Shown: piece by piece, positions 54,028-64,000 of the stretch
How the letters are laid out: each line of letters starts with the position of its first letter
Position numbering within the stretch: position 1 is the stretch's first letter
NCBI RefSeq assembly: GCF_037042905.1
Contig: NC_087250.1
Span: 23,996,001-24,060,000, forward strand
DNA length: 64,000 nt
Reading direction: 5' to 3'
DNA from: Lytechinus pictus
Lineage: Eukaryota
Position numbers and translations under genes: made by a program
Notes under the pieces: generated by a model
Seen by the model: only the letters and a program-made list of their open reading frames with translations
Databases searched by the model: none
Told to the model about the DNA's origin: nothing

Positions 54028-57000
54028 CATAGGTCATGTGTAGGGAATCCAGAATCCAATTACTATACCCCTGCCCAAAATAATATTTTTTTTATTGAGC
54101 ACGCAGAAACATATATTTAAAATCTATTAAAAGTCTATCATGAAACGCTTATTGTTGATAATTCGAAATTGACGTTGTGCTGTAACATATCTTGCTAGTT
54201 GAAATTATAAATCTACAGTAATATCATGTCAAAAAAAAAAATCAGTAAGGAAAATTCTAGCAATGCTGAAAACGTAGCGTCAAACAAAAAGATATGTATT
54301 AATGAGAGTAATTATGGTCATACTGTTTTTTTTTCTCCTTTCTTTTGTGAATTTCTTAAATTACTCTGCGAAAAGCGGATGTGCATGTTAACTTATATGC
54401 AGTATATAAACGCTATGAACGTTAATTTCTCGATAGTATATACTACGGTATGCTATTGTGTGCGCATAAATGAAATCCATGACCATACCAAGGGCTTATG
54501 CTTGGTAAGACAGCATAGGATAATAATCATAAACGAAATTCACACACTCGCTCGCGTCCATCTCACTGAAAGGTTTTAGTGTAGCGAAATTGTATTCAAG
54601 GCATGCAGTATTGAAGGGCACTCGTCGCATCCCTGGGCGAAAACTGGGAGGATCCTGAAGAGGCTATCGCTCGAGTGACTAGAATATACCATACCACGCA
54701 CCATAATCACATTGCGGTGTCTATGGAAGAGAGTTATAAATAGGGAAAGATGCTTTTAGCGTGTGGCTAATTTTAGGAGATGTATTTTGGACATCCACCT
54801 GTCCGTTTAGTAGTTATGTCTGATTGGTAGGAATTGTTAAAGTGTTCCAGGTTAATGCCTATTCATTATTAAAGTCTAACAAGATTTATAGAAAAAGAGG
54901 GAGAGGGAGAACGAGAAGGTGTGTTGTTTCATGGCAGCACAGACTTTGATGTCATTTGCATTTACTGTTGCCAATTGGGCATTTAAAATACCACAAATCT
55001 ATAATGATTACCATGAATGCGCTGATAATTTCCATGATTATGGTTGTAATTTAATAATGATGATGATAATGATGATCATCAGCATCACGACCGTGATCAT
55101 AATTGCCATCATCTTTAAGCATCACGAATACCACGACAACCACTACCGCTACCAATCAACATCGGCCACCATGTTTCGCTTTCAAAATATCCAATGCAGT
55201 CGCTATCACTAGCATTGCCATACTAGTAATCATAATTTGTATGCTACCTACATGAATACTACTATAATTTTTGTATCATATTTTTATACACACACAGAGA
55301 AAAAACCGTTTGTAGTCTTTAATGATCAGAAATTGAAATCACGTTCGTCATCATCAACCAAACCATACCACCTCCAAAACCGTCACAATAGTATTATAAT
55401 GATAATGTAATTGTTGATAAATTGTGAAAATTATCGGCATTGATATCATAAAAATAAAAATAATTCTAATCATCTTAGCTGATGGTCATTGCTATTCACC
55501 TCACACCTGCAAAACTCTGGAAATGCATTTTATGATGAACTACATTGCTTCAATATCTTTAATGTCCTAAGTTATTCTTCATGTAAAACTATTATTGAAG
55601 ATTATGCATACATGTATAAGCATTGCAACATTTACATCTGTTGCTTTTCTCATAACATAACACTGTATCAATTTTATCACTTGGGTAAACGGATTGAAAT
55701 AAAAGTACAGTCCCAATTCATTGCCTCATATTATATTGATGCTGGTAGTTATTATAGACAACTGCCCTCTTACGTAATTGGTCTGCCACCTTATTTCATT
55801 AAAATGGCTGAATATGTATAAAGTACATGTATATAAAAATGTTGCGTGCATGTACGTGAATTTTAATCACGTGATTCGAACCTATATATTCAAGATCCTA
55901 AAATCACTTTAAAGAGCACCATCTGAAGACCAAAACTTAAAAAAACAAAAAACAAAAAACAAAGGAAAACCAAAACAAGTGCAACAAACAAAAATAGACC
56001 TATATCGATCAATATGAGCTTTATATAGCTTCATTTGTATCGATATGTTGTGATTGAATGTCGGGTGCATTTGGGGCGTCAGCAGTCTTCAAGCATAAAT
56101 TAACTTTTGAAGCCTAGTCCAGAGTGATAGTACCATGACCTTAAGACCGGGTAAGCACTAGACTTCCTGCTGTCTTATGGAGAAAGGGGAGATTATATAG
56201 CTATCGCCATGTGACGCGCCACCCGCGATGGAAGAGTAAGAGATAGGGCAGAGATATGTCAGGAAAGAGGGAGAGATAGAAAGAGAGATAGCTGGTCGGA
56301 AGAGGGTAGAGGGAGAAAGATTGTTGGATGAGAAGGGGGTGGGATCATGAACATTTTATATGAAAATTGTATGGATAAGAAAAGAAATTATTTTGAGAAG
56401 TAGATGGAGGAGGGTAGGATTGGGGGAGAAGATAGTTTGTGTATTCAGATAAAAAAAAATCTGGAAACTTTTACATAATCAGCAGCAAAGCCAACATCTC
56501 TATGAAAGACCTTTGTTATATTTGTATTTTGTTGACGAAAAATAAATAATATCTAAATCTAGATATATATCTATGATTAATTGTAATTTGTAGACCTCTT
56601 GATAATTTTATTCTGCTGTGAACAATACGAGGAATATGCATTTTATGGTGATAATCTTGCTCCTTTTTCCTGTACATCCATCCTCCCTGTCACATGAGAG
56701 AAAATAAGCCCAACGTGCATTCCTCATACGATGGCGGATGAGTTCCCTCCAAACCTATTGCGGAGGGTGCAATGAGTGCGCATCCGGGATATTGGAAAGG
56801 GAATGGCGTTCTGCGGGCGAGAGAATTGATTGTACATCCTGTACTGTGAAGCACTTGTGGCCCTGACGATGTAAAAGTGACATTAATCCCATGCTGAAAC
56901 ATCCTCCTTTCTCGCATGCCATGATAGACTAGGAAGTGGGTGTCAAAGAGTGATAGAAAAGAGTGACAGATGGGTCTAATATGGGAGTCAAAGAGAGGTG

Positions 57001-57147
57001 ACAATAAATAAAAACAAAAGGAAGAGTGATTGTGGGTGAAAAAGTTAACTATGGTAATCGATGATATTTATGAAGAAAGTATTGTGATCATTAACTTTCT
57101 GAGAAAAAAATGATAGCTATCAATTAGAGAATATTAGTGCAATACTA

Positions 57148-57374
57148 CACTGTAAAAACTGGTGTTTAAACTGACACCAGTTGGTGTTAATAGAGGACCA
57201 ACACTCTGAGGTGTTGAAATTACACCCTAGAGATTGAACATAGCACCAGAAAGTTTAAATGTAACAACCAAAGGTGTTGTAATACTAGTAACACCTATAT
57301 GTGTTAAACTAACACTGTTAATTCAACTTCGGTGTAAAATAACTGGTGTGGTCCTCGATGTACACCGGTTAACA
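57148..57374. mobile_element. CACTG MITE, right-truncated relative of 11292-11518
   Basis: TA|CACTGTAAAAACTGGTG.. shares CTGACACCAGTTGGTGTTAATAGAGGACCA and TACACCGGTTAACA. Confidence 0.75.
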
Positions 57375-57554
57375 AGAGTAATATGAATTATAGTGACGAT
57401 TATGAAATTGCAACGAAAAACCCATACTACTCTTGCTGCTACACATATCATTCTCCTTCCGTCCTCTTCTCCTTTTCTATGAGATTGTATGCCAAAAAAC
57501 ACGAGAGATTAAATTTTCAATTTTCCAAACGTCTAATATTGTCGTTAATTCATT

Positions 57555-57826
57555 ATCAATAATAATAATAAGAACTTGATTTACGAAGTGTTTTTTGCCC
57601 GAGGATACAAAGCGCTGTTATTATTACCCCGGCTTAGCTGCAATGCCCATACATTATTCGAGGAATTTCTTCCTACCGGGTACCCATTCACCTCACCTGG
57701 GTTGAGTGCAGCACAATGTGGGCAATTTTTTGCTGAAGGAAAACACGCCATGGCGGATGGGATCGACCCCACGTCCTTCAGATTGAAATACGAGAGTCAT
57801 ATATTACTACCAGACCACGACCTCCA
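57555..57826 (-). mobile_element. tRNA-derived SINE, diverged copy
   Basis: Shares TTATTACCCCGGCTT, ACCTCACCTGGGTTGAGTGCAGCACA and TTGCTGAAGGAAA..CACGCCATGGC with 34331-34645; (AAT)n tail. Confidence 0.75.
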
Positions 57827-57960
57827 CACCATTCGCATTGCTCTTAATGTTGCATCAAATAAATCAAACATTCTATTTGTAGTATTGATATTAATGTGTG
57901 CATATTTTCATTTTTATATGATTTGTCTAATTCGCATTCTTCTCTATTTTCGTCCAACAG

Positions 57961-58143
57961 ACAACAGGGAATCAAAGTTGGGATCCAACACGGCTCTGTT
58001 GAGAACGCTCAAGTACACGGTGGTAGCAGCTATGGTGATTCACGTAACATCATGCGGATGGTATTATCTAGCTTGTACGGGATGGCATGGGGATGAGACA
58101 CCCTCCTGTCATAATGGATCATGGGCTTTATCATTCAACTTCG
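57961..58143 (+). CDS. Internal exon (phase 1-1) of a probable cyclic-nucleotide-gated/KCNH-superfamily channel: S4-S5 linker, S5, turret
   Basis: Polypyrimidine tract plus CAACAG| acceptor, G|GTAAG donor, 183 nt open: NRESKLGSNTALLRTLKYTVVAAMVIHVTSCGWYYLACTGWHGDETPSCHNGSWALSFNF; R.LK-hydrophobic-H..xC.WY and a later SW fit CNBD-channel S5. The exon itself is more certain than the family call. Confidence 0.7.
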
Positions 58144-58750
58144 GTAAGATTTAATCTCATTTGAATAATCAGATCAGAGTTAATCTACTAACCTACGTTT
58201 GTCACAAAAAGGGTTTCTTAAAGGGCTTGTCCCTTAAATTGTCGGTAAACGGAGCAGAAAGCAAGGGGGGGGGGGGTAGCAGGTCCCACCAGGATGTAGC
58301 TATTTATTCCGATGGGTGATTCGAAACCTAAGAGCTGTTTAAGATTTCTTTGTTGACTAATTTGTATACATTTATATTCGTAGTTGTTTATATGTATATA
58401 TCCAATGAATCTGTTGCTGCGCTAGTGCCATGAGCGCCTCTGAACGGTGTGTGCGCTCTATGTAGGACATCACCATTATTATTGTCAATACTATCAAAGG
58501 TAAAGTAGTTGCAGTAAACAGTGATTTGATGAGAAAGTCTTTAAAATCGAGGTTAATATTGTCACCATGTTATGGCAGATCTAGATCTGATTTTCCCAAG
58601 TTTTCCCCAGATTGATTGCCGTCTTTGGTTGAATGTGAATTACATGTTAAGTCAGATTAAGCATCGAAGCGTAAACACCTTTGAACGCGTTATTTTATTG
58701 ACGATTAGGCCTACGCGGTAGACCGCGTCTCTAAATTCTGACCTTACAAT

Positions 58751-58896
58751 CTGGGGAGTGTTTCATGAAAGGACTTGTCAGAAGTTTTATCCGACAAGTC
58801 CCATTTTATCCGACAGTTACCATAGGAACAATGCCTCTCAGCCAATCAAAATCAAGGAAAGTTGTCAGATCTGAATGTTGATGAAACACTCCCCAG
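58751..58896. mobile_element. Harbinger-like MITE (GGGGAGTGTTTCAT TIR, CWG site)
   Basis: CTGGGGAGTGTTTCATGAA ... TTGATGAAACACTCCCCAG. Confidence 0.8.
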
Positions 58897-59041
58897 GTGA
58901 CGCATCTATATGCGTTTAACTCTGACACATAAAAAGCGGTATCCTGCGTCTCCCGTCCCTGATTTTGCAACCAATCCGATGACGCATTTATACACGTCTA
59001 ACTCTGACGCGTAAAAACCCGATAGCCCACGTTTCTCAAGC

Positions 59042-59203
59042 CTGGGGAGTGTTTCATCAAGATTTTTGTCCGACAAGTCGTCAGATCTGACAACTTTCCT
59101 TGATTCTGATTGGCTGTGAGGCAGTGTTACTATGGTAACTGTCGTATTAAATAAGACTTGTCGGATAAAACGTCCGACAAGTCCTTCATGAAACACTCCC
59201 CAG
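59042..59203. mobile_element. Same MITE family, opposite orientation
   Basis: CTGGGGAGTGTTTCATCAA ... TTCATGAAACACTCCCCAG; interior is the reverse complement of 58751-58896; degraded relative near 4975-5108. Confidence 0.8.
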
Positions 59204-59209
59204 ATCTTA

Positions 59210-61822
59210 CAGAGCGTGATCGGTTTATCACGGACGGACATTTGATTTTGAAAACTTTGAAGGCTTGTAACAAATTAGGAATAAGATGAACATGGTTCCT
59301 TTGTGTTTTATAGTGAAGGGTAGGACAAAGTATGCTGAATGATGAAAAAAGTTTGTTGCCATGTTAACCTACAAACATAGGTAGCCACTAAATGTGCCAT
59401 ATCACGGACGGACATGATAGAAATGTGGTTTTCAGAATCTTTGAACATTTTTATTGTTTCTATCTAAATAGCTTAACTTTGACCAATAATTGTTAATGCA
59501 ACTTACACTCAGGATTGTTAGCTTCTATGTTCAGCATATTGAATTGTTAACCAATATCAAACTTCTGAGAGAATTGCAAATATTTTCCATCTCGGACGGA
59601 CATCTCGGACGGACATCACGGACGTACACAATTAAAATACATTGGAAGTACCTTGTAAGAAGTTCTTATTACTTGTTTGGGGGAACAAATGCTATTGTAT
59701 TGATGATTTGTACATTTTTTATATGATTCAACAATATTAGTTGCACAATCAAGTTGCTACAACTTGATTTAAGTTGTAGCAACATGATTTCTATGCTAGA
59801 CACACAAAATAATCTAGCCATATGATTGCTTTTAAACACAGTTCTTTTCAAAATCAAATATCCTAATGCACATTGTCTTCTTTTAAATTTAGAGAATACT
59901 ATAGTTGGTACCAAATCAACATCCAGTGGATCAATGATCATGTTGATACTTTTTATGATATATCATGATGATACATGTTCATACATTTTTAGGCATTACT
60001 TTTCGAAGAGCACATATTTTTTTTATGTCCACAAAGTAAATCCAAAATATTCACAGGTTGCTGATCATTATGCTTGTTTGGTGGATCAAGTACGACCACA
60101 ACACTTGTCCAGGCTCTCTTCAAATTCATCTTTTGTCCATATTAAAGTGGAGACACCCCTTCACATCAACAGCCCTCATGTATTTAGGCCCTGACCGAAT
60201 CCAAAATTGAAATCAGATACCAATTAAACTTCTAAACACTGCAGTGCAAGCTTTATATGAATTGCATGCATTTTCAAGATTACCAGATCAACAATTTGCT
60301 CAAAATTAGCTCCAAAACAGACTTAAAAAAAGGAATTCTTGTACTTTTCACAAGCCTCAAGGACGTGATGTCATGTTCTGTTAGAAGCATTGTGAATCCA
60401 TAGGTTTGTACATGGAAAAAATGATTTTTTTTCCTGCTTATCAGAATATGCATTCTACTTTCTTCTTTTCCATCACTTTCTGCAAGCTTCAATTGATGAA
60501 ATATACAGCTTTTGACTTATTCTTGCTCTATTTCATTTCCTGCTTTTTGGCATACATGTAGCTTCCAACTCTATCTGCATTATGTTTTAAAAAAAATTCC
60601 TGACAACAATTAAGCCCCAATAACAGCCAAAGAAAGATTTCACAAAAAATTGTGAAGAGTTGTAGGTTTCCATCCATTTGAGTTCTGAATAATTCTCAGT
60701 ATACCCAGTTGTTGTGTGTCCGGACAGGTTGTGTGTCCGGACGATCAATTTTAGAAAGTCATTTGGAAAAAATTACAAGCGAAGTTTCATCAAATTTTAG
60801 TACAAAATTTTAGAAAATATTATAGAGAACAAAATAGAAGATGATAAAAACTATTGAATTCATATTTTTAGTGTAATCTTAAGACAAAAAAGAAGGCTTC
60901 AAAAATATAAAGTGTCCGGACACCCGATCCCCCATCCTACCATTTTTCACTGCAAATTGGAACTAAAATTAAATTCATAATCTGCTCAGTATTTGCTCAT
61001 TGTCTGTCCGTGATGAAATTTATTCCGTCTGCGATTATTTTGATTGATTTATGATATGGATAAAATGTATGGATTTTAGATATATTCAAATGAAATGATG
61101 TACAGTGTCTAGTGAGATGCTTCTACACACTTCTATTTTTGTTTCTATTCTGATAAAGAATAAAAAGCTGAATCCATACATATTATCAATATCATAAACT
61201 CAATAAAAATGATCACGGACGGACATTAATTTCATCATGGATGGAAATTTCAAAATGGAATGTTGACATCTACCAGAAAAATTTACTTCCCATATTTTTT
61301 CTACTAATTTATGTTTGATGATAGATTAATGCTAAGAGTACAAGAAAATCCAAACCAAATTGGAGTAACTTTGAAAACAATAAAACTAGAGTGAATTGAA
61401 TTTGAGTGAATTTACATTGTCCGTCCGTGATGAAATTAATGTCCGTCCGTGATCATTTTTGATTGAGTTTATGATATGGATAAAATGTATGGATTTCAGC
61501 TATGTTCAAATAAAATGATGTATAGTATTTAGTGAGATACCTCTACACCTTTTTATTTTTTATTTCTATTCTGATAAAAAATAAAAAAACTTTTTATATT
61601 TTTTTTCATCACGGACGGAAATTTCAAAATGGAAATGTTCACACCTACCAAAAAAAATTACTTCCCAATATTTTTTTTCTACTAATTTATGTTTGATAAT
61701 AGATTAATGTTCAGAGTGCAAGAACATCCAAACCAAATTAGAATAACTTTAAAAACAATAAAACTAGAGAGAATTTAATTTGAGTAAAAATGTCCGTCCG
61801 TGATGAGAGGTAATAGCACCCC
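59210..61822. mobile_element. Unclassified DNA-transposon-like region with ATCACGGACGGACAT subterminal motifs
   Basis: Motif is forward at about 59227, 59401, 59589-59620 and mostly reversed at about 61001, 61418, 61440, 61790; about 420-bp internal duplication at 61001-61800. Confidence 0.55.
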
Positions 61823-62249
61823 CACGAATAAAATGGACTATTCCAGTACTTTCGGATTTATCAATCTTCATGAAACTGAGTTCTTTGAAACCTGAGATAT
61901 CAAAGATTATCTTAAAAGCAATTTTGATAAAAATATCTATAAAAAAAAAATTCACCTCAATGCTAACCCTTAACCGATCATGCTCTACATTCAATCCGGT
62001 GACGCATTTAAACGCGTCTAACTCTGACGCGTAAAAACGCGATAACCCACGTCTCTCAAGCATGATATTACGAGTCTAACTCTGAATTAATTGTTGTTTT
62101 AAGTCCCACCTGTGGTTTTTTTTTTGGCAAAACACATCTATTTTTATTTTGATTGTTGTTTCATCGGTCCATGCATAGCATTTTGATATCATGTCTACAT
62201 GATTTATTAAATTCTCAAACCCAGGGTCATCTTATTTTTTTTAAATTAT

Positions 62250-63690
62250 AGTGGAGCGGTTATGTGACAAAAAATGGCCAAGATGCTCGGATCTGGCAGA
62301 AAGTGTGAAATTTGGTATACAGGGGTATTTTTGGGCGCTGATTTCAAAAATTGCCGGCCCCAAGCGATTTGACCATCGGGTCGGCCGCCATTTTGAAATC
62401 CAAGATGGCCGCCATGCAAAATCATCAAATGTCATTTTTTTTTTAGTTTTACATGGCATGTGACACTGAAATTTGGCATATAGGGGTATTATGAGGCACT
62501 GATTTCAAATATTGCCGGCCCCCAGCAATTTGACCATTTGGTCGGCGGCAAAATGGCCGCCATCTTGAAATCCAAGATGGCCGCCATGATATATTATTGC
62601 AATCATTTTCTCGAGTTTTATATGAACTGCGGTATTGAAATTTGGCATAAAGGCTTAATTTGGGGTGCTGATTTCAAATATTGCCGGCCCCAAGTGATTT
62701 GACCATTGGGTCGGCCGCCATTTTGAAATCCAAGATGGCCGCCATGAGAAATCATTAATGTCATTTTCTTGAGTTTTACATGACGTGTGACACTGAAATT
62801 TGGTATGTTGGGGTATTTTTAGGCACTGATTTCAAATATTGCCTGCCCCCAGCAATTTGACCACTTGGTCGGCGGCTAAATGGCCGCCATTTTGAAATCC
62901 AAGATGGCTGCCATGAAAAATCATTAAATGTCATTTTCTTGAGTTTTACATGATATGTGACACTGAAATTTGGCATATAGGCTTAATTCGGCGTGCTGAT
63001 TTCAAATATTGCCGGTCCCAAGTGATATGACCATCGGGTTGGCCGCCATTTTGAAATCCAAGATGGCCGCCATGAGAAATCATTAATGTCATTTTCTTGA
63101 GTTTTACATGACATGTGACACTGAAATTTGGTATGATGTGGTATTTTTAGGCACTGATTTCAAATATTGCCAGCCCCCAGCAATTTGACCACTTGGTCGG
63201 CGGCAAAATGGCCGCCATCTTGAAATTCAAGATGGCTGCCATGATACAAAATTGCAATCATTTTCTTGAGTTTTATATGAACTGCGGTATTGAAATTTGG
63301 CATATAGGCTTAATTTTTGGCGCTGATTTCATATATTGCCGGCCTCGAGCGATTTGACCATCGGGTCAGCCGCCATTTGAAATCCAAGATGGCCACATGA
63401 AAAATCATTGAACTCGATTTCCTTGAATTTTACATAATATGTGCCATTGAAATTTGTAGTATATCGGTATCTGGGTGAGTTCATTAAAAAAATTGCTGGC
63501 TCCAAGCAATCTGACAATTAGTCGGCGGAAAAAGGGCCGTCATCTTGAATTCGAAGCTGGCTGCCATAGAAATATTGCAATTATTTCGTTGAGTTTTATA
63601 TGATCTGCGGTATTGCACTTTGACATATAGAAGTAGTGTGGGGAGCTTATTTCAAATATTGCTGGCCCTCAGCGATCTGATCCCCTGAGT
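62250..63690. repeat. Tandem satellite, about 9 monomers alternating about 158 and 169 bp
   Basis: GAAATTTG anchor at 62307, 62468, 62637, 62795, 62965, 63123, 63292, 63449 and a degraded one at about 63615; core GGCCGCCATTTTGAAATCCAAGATGGCCGCC. Confidence 0.92.
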
Positions 63691-64000
63691 CAGGGTTATA
63701 CGGGCCAAAGATATTAACCCATTTAATTCTCAATTTTTAATTTTGATATTGCTTATTGACAAAATTGAATGAAAATTATTGATAATCTAACACTGATTCT
63801 AGGGAGGGTAACTTTACTGAACTTCCTTTTTTCAAATTGGGAAGATATATCACCACTTTGGAACTATTTTTATACTGGCGGAAGAAGTATTGCCATTTTA
63901 CTGTCTCAAGTGATGAATTTGATCCTGTCAGGTGTAGTCTTCATAAATGCCGATTTATTTTAAAAATGAGTTGGTCGAGGTACCCTTTCTGGTCAGATAT

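Noticed and set aside
57576..57960. N-terminal part of the 192-aa ORF
   Set aside because: Consists of antisense SINE plus the intron polypyrimidine tract; only 57961-58143 looks exonic.

Overview
AT-rich, repeat-dense eukaryotic (metazoan) genomic DNA; the repeat types suggest a marine invertebrate, possibly a sea urchin (inference only). Nearly all ORF-track entries look spurious. Real coding signal is limited to: (i) one 183-nt internal + strand exon (57961-58143) resembling the S4-S5 linker, S5 and turret of a CNG/KCNH-superfamily channel, with no recognisable partner exon upstream, so much of the window may be one long intron; (ii) a four-exon, disabled PIF/Harbinger (HARBI1-like) transposase gene (25140-30265); (iii) a CR1-group LINE ORF2 3' remnant (30448-31362). 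The most notable structure is a 12.8-kb segment (20768-33603) bounded by TA-flanked CACTG...CAGTG imperfect TIRs and roughly 0.8-1.2-kb subterminal arrays (CACTA/EnSpm architecture), whose only recognisable transposase is the Harbinger-type one. A candidate recursive-splicing ratchet point (about 100-nt AG-free pyrimidine-rich tract then CAG|GTAAGT) lies at 41603-41611. The rest is many MITE families (TA, TTAA, 3-bp, 5-bp and 9-bp target duplications), two tRNA-derived SINEs and a dimeric satellite. All calls were read by eye; no searches were run.
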